Shown: positions 23,422-35,991 of the stretch, piece by piece
How positions within the stretch are numbered: the stretch's first letter is position 1
How the letters are laid out: each line of letters begins with the position of its first letter
NCBI GenBank assembly: GCA_010909165.1
Contig: MU008187.1
Span: 252,247-316,246, forward strand
From: Anthoceros angustus
Taxonomy: Eukaryota > Plantae > Anthocerotophyta
Direction: 5' to 3'
DNA: 64,000 nt
Translations under genes and position numbers: made by a program
The notes under the pieces: generated by a model
What the model was told of the DNA's origin: nothing
Database searches by the model: none
The model's input: the letters and a program-made list of their open reading frames with translations, nothing else

Positions 23422-24760
23422 CAGATTTCGTGAACACAGATGATCAGCTGTGGCTTTATTTATTCTTCTTCCACGAAGCATGCAATTGCGACTTCAGGAA
23501 TCTCGAGTTTCTCTCAGAGTTCCTAGCGCTGGTAACACTTTGCTGAGTTGTTTGCGTCTAGGAAGGGTGTCGAATGCTGGACTTAGCCAGGTGATAGCGT
23601 TGTGTCTCCGGATTCTGGATTGAGTCCATACACGCTAGCTAGACTGCTCCGGATGGTTTGATAAACTATTTGATCTATGTTGTACAGCATATAATCATCG
23701 ATTTTTTTTGTATAAAGAAACATTCGCTGTCTTGCTCAGGACTAGCTTACCACGTACTGCGACAGTGCAAGGTAAGGTTGTGTGCACGAGCTCTTTGTTG
23801 CTTGTATGTATGTGGGTATCCAAGGTAGGAGAGACGAGGTCAGCTGTGCAACGACACAAACAAAGTCCTGGCTTCACGTCCTTACGAGGAACATCGCCTA
23901 CAGACCTAACAGGAGACCGGATCGCAAGGAGCATGTGCAGCTCTCTGCTAGATCTCTGCAGCACTCAAGTGTGTAGTAGACATGGACTAGTACTGATAGT
24001 GCGTTTGGACAAGTTCCCGAGGTTATGCAGGAGCCAGCTAAGAGCTTCTGCAATTTCCGGAACAATGGCATCAACACTCAACTTGTTTTCCGTAACCTGC
24101 TCAGTGTAAGGCTTGATCCTGGAGGTGGTGGCAGACAATATGAGCAGGGCCGACAAAGGGAATTGGATGTGGCTCACGCTCAACCTCAACTTCAACTTCA
24201 ACCTACAACTCCAGCACACAGCGTCCTCTCAAGATTCCTACTGGATGTCCCACCAACAATGACCTCTGTCACCTTACACCCTTCTTCACGTGAGACCCTC
24301 TGACACTGCAGACTAGGTCTTGGACCGAAGGGATGCTCGGGGATGCTCGAAAGCCTTTGGACCCACCTGCCAAAATTTACTGAAGGCGAGTTTGACAAGT
24401 CAAATGCCAAAGCTATAAGGGCTTCATGAAGCATTGGCACCCCTACTGGCGGCAATGGTCGTTCCACGTTTGAACTGCCATGGTGCAGAAATCATGTGAA
24501 CAAGATGGCGAAGCATGAAGGCAAGGCCACTCTCCTGGAAATTTCTAGCCAAAAAGAAGGACAACGTCAGCAGGATTGGCAGACGCTTGTAGAAGACAGT
24601 CGCAGCAGCGAACTAAAACCTTCGATGCTCTACCTACCTTGTAACAGCCTCGAGGTTTACACAGTCGTAGGCTGTTATGATGTGAAGTTTACAGTGTCAC
24701 TGTAATCGTAAGTGTCAAAGCGTAGAGTTTCATGACACTCGATGGCACTCATTTTAGGTA

Positions 24761-24906
24761 CATGGTTACAACTTAATTACACCTGTCATAGATTATTAAG
24801 GGCTTGATTGGTGCATAAATTAATATTTGTCTAATTGATTATCGATAATTAGATATTAAGGGAGTGTAATTAAACGTGTGTGATATATATTTAAGTGTAA
24901 ACCGTG
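24761..24906. mobile_element. Short MITE-like fold-back element
   Basis: catggttacaacttaa versus ttaagtgtaaaccgtg are imperfect inverted termini, with an inner ttaattacac/gtgtaattaa pair. Confidence 0.35.
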
Positions 24907-25661
24907 GCAGCCCGGTGGAATCGGGTCGTATGATAGCTCCAACCGTATAGAAAATAGACGCGGTGGGCAGCAAATAAAACTTTTTGAATTCTACAAGAAA
25001 CGTGGGTCTGTGATGCCAGACGCAAATGGGAACAATAGGAACATTTAGAAAACAAGGCTCACATCATCGCAAGTCAATTCCAAATTCGCCACTTGGAGGG
25101 ATCCATGAAGCATCGTCATTTAGGCCACCCTGGGCATCAATTATAGGTGGCAACAGTGTTTAGCTTCAGGACAACACGACTCTGCACATCTATCAAGCTC
25201 TGATAATCAAAAGGAGCTCCGAAACAGTGAGCAGGTCTTTACACTAACCGAAAGCTCTTGCAATCTAAGCACCAGAAGCCAGTGAGGAGAAGCCAGTAAG
25301 AAGCCAGTCAGTCTGGCAATAGCTCCCCCGAGCAGGACACACGAGCACAAGAATGGAATAGCAGACGCCCGAATATTTAATCAGAAAATTTCTGTGCTGC
25401 TGCTATTTCCAGTCCCACGACAAGCTTACTCAGTTGTCCAGTTCACCCTTCCAAAAGTCAGACAACCTCCCAAACATGGCTCCACTATGACTTTGCTCCG
25501 CTGTTATCTTCCCCCGCATCCAATCAATTGTCCCTTACGGCATCCATCTGGAACTACCAGGCTCCAGACCAACAGCGACATCAAACAGGAGGCAGCAATG
25601 ATCACAGAACAGAACTTCCTGTGCTTGGAACATATGCTACTTGGGTAAACAGAATTGTCAG

Positions 25662-28442
25662 CTAAGCAAGATAACGATAAAGCTTTCTGTCTGTCCTGTC
25701 TCTTTCCAAGAACTCCCGCTCAATGAGCGATTCAATTCTCTTCTTGATGACAGCTGGATTTGGAAGAAATCTGGCCTGCAGCTGCTTTGTAACTTCGCTG
25801 ATGATGTTGTTGTGATCCAGGACACGCCTGGATTTCATAATTCTTACAATGGCTGCCTCAATCTGGGGCTTCCTGTCCTCTTCCACTTTCTGGCGTGTCT
25901 CCTGCTTCTCAGGTTCACTTTCTTTCTGAGCCACAACAGTGCTGATTTTCACTTTGTAAAACTTGCTGGAGTACCTCTCATTGAACAAGAAGACATCATC
26001 CTCACTGATGTCCTTGCTCATTGGCTCCTTCTTCAGAACATTTTTACCTTTCACACATGCCAGAGACTGCAAGTTTCTCTTCAAATCCTGTGAAGGAATG
26101 TCAGTTGTTTGCTCTATTTCCCTGTACGTTAGCCTCTCATTAGTGTTGAACAGGAGGAGAATGCACATCTGGTAGGTGGAGACATTGAGCTCATGTTTTG
26201 CCCCGTTCCCAAATGTAGCCTTGAGATCTGCGGTCCCCATATTGGTCTGCCAGGTTAGACGCCTCCCTGTGTGCGTTGAGAGGTAATATGTCTTGAACTT
26301 CTCACACAAGTTCACCACTTCCGTAGGCAGATTACACCTTGCACCAGACTGGGTGGGCCATGATCCTGTGGTAAGGACCTGCACTGATAAAGTTGGACCA
26401 TCAACTCCCTCTCCATTCCACCCTGACGCATGGAACCCCTGCATCGTATCCCTCGATGTTTTCATGTCAAGAAACATGCCTTCCAACTTTGAGGTAAACT
26501 GATAACCACACTCTGTCTTCAGCTTAACAATGAGACTTCTCTCTGCATCATCAGATACTGTTCTGCCAGATAGTAGCCGCTTTGCCAGGTGCTGTTTATA
26601 GTATTTCTCAAAAACATCCTTCTCTTGCAAATACCTGAACAACATCATTACCTTATCCAACACAGTCTCAACGTCTTCTTCACTCATCCCTTTAAGCCCT
26701 TTCCTCAGCTTGTCATCTACAAATAATGAAATGAATTCAGGCGACCTCACATTGAGGTTGATGAAAAACTCAAAAGATGAGTTCAAGGCATTCTGGAATG
26801 TCTTGTCATTATTGAAGGATGACAAGATGATCTTATCATACTTGTCCTTCTCGTCCAGCAAGCTCTTCACAAATTCTACAGGATCTTTGAGCTTCTCAGG
26901 GTCCAATACTAATTGCCTGCCTGTGTCACGCAAGTGTGCAACCATGACATCACGGATTGTCTGTAGTCCAGTGGGGACCCGGCGAAACAGGTTGTACATG
27001 CGCAGAAGATCCTCATACTTGTCATCAATCAACATAGAAACCAGCCCTGAATTTTCCATCTCCACCAGTAGCTTCATATGGTTCCCGATCATTTCCCGCT
27101 CCACAACAGCCGTTATCTTTGCCTCACTTCTCGGATCCAGATACTGGGTGACCCTCTCTATCTCCTCAATGAGCCTCCTTTCTGCCTTCTTCAAATAGTC
27201 TGCACAATCACTAGTTTGGATAAACTGCTGTGCCTCTGATCTGTAGAACAACGAAGAGGCCTCCAGAAATGGTTTCTCAAAGTCCTCCTGATACACACTT
27301 GCTCCCAAGTCCATCAACATCTTGGTGATATTCCGCATCAATCCTCTGTTGATGATCTCCCCTGTACGTTCCCTCTGCACCAGGTCTAGAAGGGTATCCA
27401 GTAAACGATCCCTAATCTTCGGGAACCTTACAATGTTATCCCGCCACAGATTTAAGCCGAGCTCATGCACAGGAGTCTTGCTGTTGTTGGTGACATACGT
27501 CCTGTCCATGTACATCAAAATATCTCGGATCATCTGCAGGGACTTGTTATGCTCTAACCACTTGCTGTTCAACTCCTCGAGATACAAACCCCCTTGAGCA
27601 GCCTCAATGGACTTGGAGATCTCCCGCAGGTGCTCTGTCATGGTATTCACGAGCTCGTTGTAGAGCTTCTCACCGCACTTGTGGAGAACCATGTAGTACG
27701 CATTCCTGTACAAACCCCAAAAATTAATTCCTGTGCGGCAAGGTAGCCATCTGCAGGGACTTGTTATGCTCTAACCACTTGCTGTTCAACTCCTCGAGAT
27801 ACAAACCCCTTGAGCAGCCTCAATGGACTTGGAGATCTCTGCAGGTGCTCTGTCATGGTATTCACGAGCTCGTTGTAGAGCTTCTCACCGCACTTGTGGA
27901 GAACCATGTAGTACGCATTCCTGTACAAACCCCAAAAATTAATTCCTGTGCGGCAAGGTAGCCATCTGCAGGGAAACCACTCAGACATAATCGTCCATGC
28001 TCTATTCCGTGCTACAAACGCTACAACATGATGGAAGATTATCGGGTAAATTCACGCTCTGCCAACATAATCTTCACCCATACTTGCCGAGTCATTGCAC
28101 GAAACTGACAACTCGTGCGCACCATGTGCAAACCTCAGTTATCGGCTTGAATTAGCACTGTAGTCAGAGAACGCATGACAACAAGCATCCCACCCAGGCA
28201 AGGCCACATCCACCACAGAAGAACAGCCAACAGGGTATGGCCGAAAAAAACATCTCAAAACAGGGAACGCACCTATAAAGCTCCTCAAAGCTAAGCCCAC
28301 TGGCGTTATGGTTGTAGATTTCGTGAATTGCGTCCTCCAGAATCTTCCACGTCTTCTCGGCATACTTGGGATCCATCTCCACCTTGTGCTTGAATGGCTC
28401 GATCTTGAAATTTTTCTTGGTCTTGAGCTGATGATTACTCAT
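25662..28442 (-). CDS. CUL3: Cullin-3 (exons 28442-28273 and 27705-25662)
   Basis: FKIEPFKHKVEMDPKYAEKTW...SGLSFEELYR|NAYYMVLHK, the cullin homology domain YYKQHLAKRLL and the neddylation region EAAIVRIMKSRR. GT-AG junction in frame. Confidence 0.97.
27531..27974. repeat. 217-bp tandem duplication spanning the CUL3 intron/exon-2 boundary
   Basis: Copies start at 27531 and 27748. The 12-bp catctgcaggga occurs at 27531, 27748 and 27963. The second copy has two 1-bp deletions. Confidence 0.95.
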
Positions 28443-29231
28443 GTTGAGCGAACGTCCCCGGCGAACCGGCCCCCTCCCGCAACACCGGATTGAATCTCAC
28501 CGCCCGGCAGCAACACCAGCAGCAGCAGCAGCAAGCGCAAGAGCAGCAGAAGAAGGGGTGGCCACCCTGCCGTCACCCTACGCCGCACCGCCGAATCAGT
28601 GGCAGCTCGTCACCATGACACACCCGCCATGCCAGACACGGAATGAAGCGGGTCACCAAAACCTACGTCCGCGGCCGCATCTCCAGGGACGAGGCGCCTG
28701 CAGAAGCAACCGCTGCGGCAACGATGCGGCCGTCACGCTCCCGATGTGTGCCTGCAAGGCGACAATCCAGGAAATGGGCTGTCGGGCCGACCAAGCTTGG
28801 CGGCTGTTGCTGGCCCGGAGTCCCTTGTGCTGCCACCCAGACCTCCTTCCTTCCGCCTCCCCTAGCCTGGTGCTGCCTCTCCCTCTCGGGCTCCAGGGAC
28901 CGAGCTCTTTGCTTCCGCACCGAGGCCACTCCAACGAGTCCCAAATGCTTTTCTCCTTTCCTCTTTGGGATATCTAACAGATGTTTTCAACACACTCTCC
29001 AGGCCTTATCGCAAACCTACTTTCAGCATATACGGCATGCCTTATACCTTTCGCCGCTCAGCTCAATCCTCTTTCATTGAATAATTAGCTCGATTTTAGG
29101 ACTTGGTGATCCACAACGGCAGGCAGCTTTCCTCCTTCTTTCTTCCTTCTTCCGCACCACGCCGCTCGAGAAGTCCGCGATGCTCTGTCTCCCCCTTGAA
29201 CGACGTTGTCCGAGCCTCTTATCCCTGAGCA

Positions 29232-29237
29232 CATACA

Positions 29238-29271
<34 letters not shown>

Positions 29272-29290
29272 AATATATATATACATATAA
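29232..29290. repeat. (CATA)n/(TA)n microsatellite upstream of CUL3
   Basis: Read directly. Confidence 0.9.
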
Positions 29291-31684
29291 TGAGATAAAA
29301 GCCCGAGAAAGACAGACCAATTGTAAGTTGGAAGGAGAGTAGATGGAGCTTCAATCTTTATCCCTCTTCCAAAGCTAGCTCACATTCCATAGCACCTTGC
29401 AGAATTAAAATCTAAGGGAAAAGATGAGCAACTCATAAATCAAAATTCTCCACATAATGTACATCATGTGGTTCTCTTTTGCCTACAAGTCCTCAACATT
29501 GCGCAGAATTACAAAAAATCTTGATGGAAAGATGTACGGCTCAGAAAGTTGAAACTCTCCTCGTAATGTGATATTCTTTTGTACACGAGTCTTTAACATG
29601 GCAGCTAGGACTTTTGTATGGAATGTCTCAAAGGCTAACTAGAAGCAATAGATATACTTGGTGTGCCTCCAAGAATCAATAAAAATACTTGGTGCACCTT
29701 TGCGCGGAAGTCTTTCCACAAAGCTATGACCTTTCCAAAAACTATGACCCTATCCTCAATGCCTCATATATTATTTGAAACCAACTCGTCCTTATGATTC
29801 TCGTATGAGAGGACTGAAGCGCATGCAAGATAGTACTAGAGGACTGAAGGGCAAGTGCAAGATAGTAGGGGAAGACTAGAGCGCAAATGAGGAAGACTGG
29901 AGCGCAGGAGCAGATGGGAAGGACTGGAGGGCAAATGCAAGATTAAGCAATCATTTTTAGTCTATCTGCAACACCAGACACTCCTCAAATTCAGCATTTC
30001 ATACCATTATAACCATTATAAGCTAGAATTCAATTCACATCCCGATCAAGAGGGCATTCAATTGGCTCTGTCACGTAGCAATAGGTGTGAGACTCTCCTC
30101 AACACTAGGCACTCCTCAGCACTAGGCACTCCTCAGCACTAGGCACTCCTCAAACTCAACACTCCAAACCATTATAAGCTAGGACAAACTCACAACCTGG
30201 TCAGAACGGCATTCAATTGGCCTTATCGCACCGCGCAGGGCCCCATAGTTACTCGGACTCTTGCACCTAGTTTGAAGGCATCAAAATGAAGTTGTGATCA
30301 GCTTCGCTTCCAAGCTAATTCCAGTACTCCCATCAGTAAATATGACCAACATTTCAATATCTATGATTTCAACAGCCTTTGCTTCATTCACTTAGACTTT
30401 CAGAAAACCATTAGTTGTTCTTTTCAAACTTTTTGAGGTACACTTTTCTCCGCACGATGCCCATCTGAGAGATGTTTCCCTTTTTCTCGAGGTGGATAAG
30501 ATTTCTCATCTCCTTTTTTTTTACATAAAGTCTCCATGTCTCCTTTTATTTGAGACCTCATACCCATATTGCTTCATGCATGACACAAATAAGAGTCCAA
30601 ATTACAATTAACCTTTGATTATGTGTTGAGATGTGGTCCATACCACTCTTCTTAATTGCAACTCGCCAAGAATACGACAAGGAGATGAGAGCAATATTAT
30701 AGGGACCGTTTGTCAAATAAATTATTATTATTATTATTACTATATCGGATTAAGAAAAAGAACTCTTCATATTTTCAGTAAACATGTATTTCATCTATAG
30801 CAAGACTATCAACTGACCATTACATATGCAAGATTATCAACTCAATATTGAGAGCAAGTATGAGACTTAAGGTCTTGCATATGGAAATCAACGTGCTCTT
30901 GCTATCACATGCGAACCAACATACCCCTAGATAGTAGGGATTGACCCTATCCAAGGCTTTTTCTTTTGTATAGAGCGAGCAGCATTATCACCCAAAATCC
31001 TTACATCTCTAGAACCATAGGAAGCAAAAATTCACCATCCTATTCACAAGGTACTACCTAGTGGTGCCAACACCCTAGGGGTGCTAAAAAAATCGACTAG
31101 TTGACGACTGGAAACTGAAGAATGACTCTTAAAGTTTTCATCCATGACAATATGATATTGTTTTGGTCAATCTTAAAATTACACTAAAAAATTGAAGGTA
31201 GTATTATAATGTTCATAAAAAGCTGCATTATTTTTATACCTATTGTTTTAAATAGTTTTAGCTTAAGTTTTGACATTGTTTTGCTCCCCCATATGTAATA
31301 TTCCATTTCAATCCCATGACGGTCATCCGTCTTAAGTACATATACTATAAACATTTTCTCTTCTTCTTCTAACCCTATCTTTACTATTTTATTGCATAAT
31401 ATTATTCCTCTTAGTGTATTTTGAAGAACAAGGCCTTTTTTTTATTGTTAAGTCTGTGTGTGGTTGTCTCTAGAGTCATTTTAGTGGGATCTGTGACTCA
31501 GCCTAGCATAGAGGAATTCTATGATATTACAAGCACAATGGTGGCAAGGCCTTCAAACTCTTATACTTGTTAGTGAAGTGTTACTTCTTGTTGAGATTCT
31601 TCCGAATATTGCTCCACCAAAGGGTTCTGGGCTTGAAAGTTGTCAATTGTGATCACAAATTTGTAAAGAGAAATAGATATCCAA

Positions 31685-32027
31685 TACCGTAGCTCGAGGA
31701 GTGGTAATGCCAATAGGATAATGCCAAAATAATATTTTTTGAAAAAATAAGGTTCAACATAAATATTTATATTTTCAAATTTTCAATATTTATGAAAAAT
31801 AATTTTATCAAAATTCAAAATTTATTAAAATACATAGGTATCTATATAGAACTAATGGTTGTGTATAGAACTCCCCTAAACAGGCCCTAATTTTGCACAC
31901 AAATCCTAGTTTCCTTGTTTTCGGCATCTTAAACTCATATTCAGCATTTTAAGTATAATAATTTCTGGGTTTTAAAAGTTTATTAATTTTAATTAATTAA
32001 CGGAAAATCATCCCTTGGAGTATGGTA
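31685..32027. mobile_element. TA-flanked MITE (Tc1/mariner-like), copy 1
   Basis: Termini taccgtagctcgagg...ccttggagtatggta, and the whole length is similar to 57170-57521. Confidence 0.75.
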
Positions 32028-32459
32028 GTACCTTTATTATATTATATTATATTATAATAATATCCAATGCACAATACTAACAAAAGGTAAGTACTCAAAA
32101 AAAATTGCTAGAAAATTAAATCGACAAAAATCTCATTTGAACCGCTTAATCATTCTTTTTTGAGAAGAATGGCTCATAGAAAGAGGGTTATTTTGGTTTG
32201 GTTTTTTTTAAGAGGGTAAATCTTAGAGTTTTTCGTCTAGGCAACTATGTACCTGGAAAGATTTCCTGCCTCAGTAAATTGTAGATTCACTTCGGAATGA
32301 AAACTTGGTATTATGAGTACGAACCATGAAAACTTGTGAATAAGGTTATCAAAGGATACATACATATGAAGCTATAATGCATGTAATATGAAGCCACAAG
32401 ATGGGCTTATCTTTGTAAGATATTGATCTCATCTTGAGAAATTTGAACATACAATGTTT

Positions 32460-33572
32460 CTATATGACGCCTACACGATCAACTTTAAATTGTTTGACTT
32501 CGCTTTTCGGTGGGTCAAACTGAAAGCTTCCATCCCATGCTAACACCTCAGAAAACTCCTCAATGTAAATCTTTCCAGTGTCTTTATCTTTGGCAGCCCA
32601 AATCATCTTATTGGCTTCTGGTTCCGTGAATGAGTGCCCTTTTTCCATCATGAATTTCTGATTTGATACTCAATAGATTATGATATTCTTAATAGTAAAT
32701 AGGCTGTTTGAAATGAGATGCGTGCTCTTATGTTTAGTTATGCGAGTACCTTAAGTTGTGCAGGCTCTAAATAATCTTTACCATCTGTGGTAATTCTCTA
32801 CAGCGAAACCATATTGAAAAAATTATTATTCATAGTTCATAGTTTACACAGTCCATTGCGCATTAAAACTTTTCTAATAAATAATTAGTTTTTCTAGCTT
32901 TGTGTCATTGCTCATTACAACCTTAAATGCTTGATGGATATGCTCTTTAGAGTGACGGACGAAATCATCTGGATACCTCCTTAGGGCTTCCCCTATCCTT
33001 TGCTCAAAGTTTTCATAAGTCACATGACCCTTTGTTGTCCCAGAAATTTCATTCTCCTTTGCCTGAAATCAAACTTTTTGCTGAGGAAGAGATGATTGAG
33101 TCTCTTTAATAGTTATGTACTACATAGCTCACTTTAGGTGAGATCTAACCGCTTCAATTAGACGTTGTATAGTCTCTTCTGATGGATTCATTCCTGTTGC
33201 TCTCAAAAGAATTGGTAAATCCCTGTAACTCGAAATGGCAATGTTGCTCAGTATGATTGAAATGCTTGTAAGAATTCATAACATCTATAAATTTGCCTCG
33301 ATCTACCGTTCATCCAATTCTCCAGCCTTCTTTTTGGTGCCCTTCCGTTGGAATAACGGGAAATGTCCATAAAGACATTCATGCAACTTGGGATCCAAAG
33401 TGTATATCGTTTTTTCAATAAATTCATCTTCAGCTTCTCCAGGAAGTGCCAATTCTCCATCCTCACCTTCCACTGGAGACCCTTCAGCTAGTTGTTTTGT
33501 TTCTTTAGGTGGAGCTTTTGAAGCTTCTTCTGCCGTGGGCGTAGTAGTAGGAGGTGAAGTGGTACTGGACAT
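32460..33572 (-). CDS. EFCAB2: EF-hand protein, EFCAB2/DRC8-like dynein regulatory complex subunit (exons 33572-33307, 33222-33150, 33062-32922, 32797-32750, 32657-32460; 241 aa)
   Basis: Five GT-AG exons join in frame. RDLPILLRATGMNPSEETIQRLI, GHVTYENFEQRI, HIHQAFK and KFMMEKGHSFTEPEANKMIWAAKDKDTGKIYIEEF parallel EFCAB2 (REIGTIIRSLGCCPTEGEL...MTEEGEPFSQEEMEEMLSAA). Confidence 0.75.
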
Positions 33573-34194
33573 GATGATTAGAATATGGGGTGTTACCAAT
33601 TTGTATTACACCACAACAGTATACCACTTAAGTCCCCACTTTGCGGTAGCTTCCACACATTCTTTAGTGGTAAATAGAAGTTAATAGTTGATATACACTT
33701 AGATATTTATTCTATTTTATTAAAATAAACTGAAATTAAAGCAATCATTGTTTGATGTCATCTTAACTGCAAGATGAGATAACATCTTAACTACAAGATT
33801 AAGATATTTCAAAAAAAAATATTATGTATGTATAGAGAGAGAATTAAAAATATGCTTATATGCTAATGAAAAATGCCGGTCCATTATGCTTTATACGTCA
33901 CATTTCTATTTGATTTTTCCCATATGAAGACTTATTAAAAGAATGTTTATCATATATATTATGATATCATGATATTTTTTATTCTACATTTATAAAGATT
34001 TGGCATTCAATTGTAAAGACCTACTAATGTTTCCATACCATATATAAAATCATATTTTAATAAATTTTTTGATAAATCTCAATCTATTTACCAACAGGCT
34101 TAGATATAGATGTTTAATTTGCAATCACTAGCACATTTCATTAATCACTTGTTTGGCTATTTATCAATTTGTGATTTTGTTGTGATATTTTAGT

Positions 34195-34946
34195 GTTCAA
34201 ATGATATGGAAGATACTAATTATCTCATAGAAACTCTCAAACAAAAAACTGAGTCCATACTGAGAAGGATCAGGACATACAATGTTCCCTCCTCTGAAAA
34301 GCCTAGACGATGTTTGAAAGATATTCATCTAAATTCTAATCTTATAAGGTCTTTCTCTCAAGAACTCACCAACTTAGAAAGTATGAAAGCAGCTATTGTC
34401 CTTCATGCATTCTACCCAAGATTATTGGCAAATTATATCGAATGTCATATGGTATAGCTCACAAATTCTTCCACTAGGTCATTGTTGGAATTATTTATTC
34501 TGAAAAAACTAAAAACCTAAATAAATTCTATTGCCCAAGGAACGAGCTAAACCAGAATTGGTTACCAAGCTCGAACAATTAACCAAACAATTCCAAGTTG
34601 GATTCCAAAACCGCAACGGTTATATTAGAATATCACAACATAGTGATAATGCAGTGGTATAAGCCACACTTTATCCTTCATGTATGACTTTTCTAAAATA
34701 TTCTTCTATCATATACAATTCTAATGCCTTGCATGTTGTGTTCTTGTGCAAAAGTTTACATACTTTAACATGTTAATAACATATGAAAAAGAATTGGAGA
34801 AACCCTTCCAAAGTGCAATGGAATTCTGCAAAGCGCTTGAAGAATATCTAGATAAAGCTAGCAACATCTTTTCAATGCAAGAACAATATGCAACAAGCAT
34901 CATGTGGAATGGTATGAGTAGCACTCTCCATCCGATTTTAAGCTGA
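34195..34946 (+). CDS. Candidate unannotated multi-exon helical protein (exon fragments)
   Basis: Open, helix-like frames at 34206-34457 and 34746-34946 in AT-rich DNA, with a plausible acceptor (ttttag ~34193) and donor (CHM|gtatag ~34451). No homology recognised. Confidence 0.35.
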
Positions 34947-35280
34947 AATATAAGAAAACAGAATATATATACCATTGCTCAAATTTCAAATATATTAGAA
35001 ATATAAAATAAATTAATATAAATTTTATAATAATAATATTTCATGTTGAAAATAATTTAATCAAAATATAAAATAAGACTTCCATAACATAAGACCGTCT
35101 TTGCCTTTCCGCGCTGCCCTATGTAATAGATGAATTCATGTGAAAAAAAACCTAATTACCCTAATCAATTAACAGTAGGTGTCCAAACTCCTAGGTACAA
35201 GGAGCTTTAGTGAGCCTACCATCCCAAATCATAAGCACACCTACCTACCATGTGTGAAGTGTAGAGGGAACGAAATGCTT

Positions 35281-35991
35281 TCATATAACTGAAAATCCCT
35301 TAGCCACAAGCTCATCAATGTTAGGCTTCCAGTGCTTCAACGCGATGACTGCTTCCAGGTCGAGCTCCTCCCTGATACGGAGCTTAGGAATGGGCTTGGG
35401 AGGCGACTCCGGAGGCTGCCAGGACTTGTAGTTGCTCTCGCCCCGCTTGTGCATCTCGCGGAGAGCCTCGATAGCCTTCCTGTGCTTGCTGTAAAACCAT
35501 TTGGTGTGCTTCCTGTCTCCCGCCTCGACCTCGGCCCGCATCCTCAGGGCCTCCTTGCGCTCGGGCGCCTGCGACCGCGGGTCCCACGCGCCCCACAGAT
35601 CCTCCTTGGCGCAGAACGAGCCCGCGTTCCGCTTCGTCTTCCTGCTGTCGCACATGCGCTTCTTCTCCGGCATCGGGGGCCGGGGGAAGTAGAAGCACTG
35701 CAGGCGGCGGAAATCGGGGAGGAGGAAGAATTCCTGCCTCTCGCAGGTGTTGAGCACCCGGGCGTGCGAGTAGAGCCTGCAGAACTTAGGAGGGGAGGGG
35801 AAGTTGCCCGGGCTCTGCCACTTCCGTTCCGTCCGCAGGCCAGCTGGATCCGGGATGGAGTGCCTCACAATGTAGTCGTGCGCCTCCTTGGCTTCCTTGG
35901 GAGGGCTCGGCATCGTCTGCTCATGGAAGGGGAAGTCGATCTGCCTGGTGCGGATCCGCCCTACCTTGCTGCGCCTGATGGCCGGATGCAT
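35281..35991 (-). CDS. Unknown Lys/Arg/Pro-rich protein (236 aa)
   Basis: Long ATG-initiated ORF with strong G/C third-position bias forming a GC island in AT-rich surroundings. No family recognised. Confidence 0.65.
   Translation of the reverse strand: MHPAIRRSKVGRIRTRQIDFPFHEQTMPSPPKEAKEAHDYIVRHSIPDPAGLRTERKWQSPGNFPSPPKFCRLYSHARVLNTCERQEFFLLPDFRRLQCFYFPRPPMPEKKRMCDSRKTKRNAGSFCAKEDLWGAWDPRSQAPERKEALRMRAEVEAGDRKHTKWFYSKHRKAIEALREMHKRGESNYKSWQPPESPPKPIPKLRIREELDLEAVIALKHWKPNIDELVAKGFSVI

Noticed and set aside
23695-24705. Several 60-130-aa ORFs between MYB and CUL3
   Set aside because: No consistent frame, splice model or homology. Likely UTR or intergenic.
25641-27597. + strand ORFs over CUL3
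   Set aside because: Antisense shadows of the conserved CUL3 exon.
30240-30460. RNase H-like VIFTDGS on minus strand
   Set aside because: A single short motif among many stops, insufficient to call a LINE.
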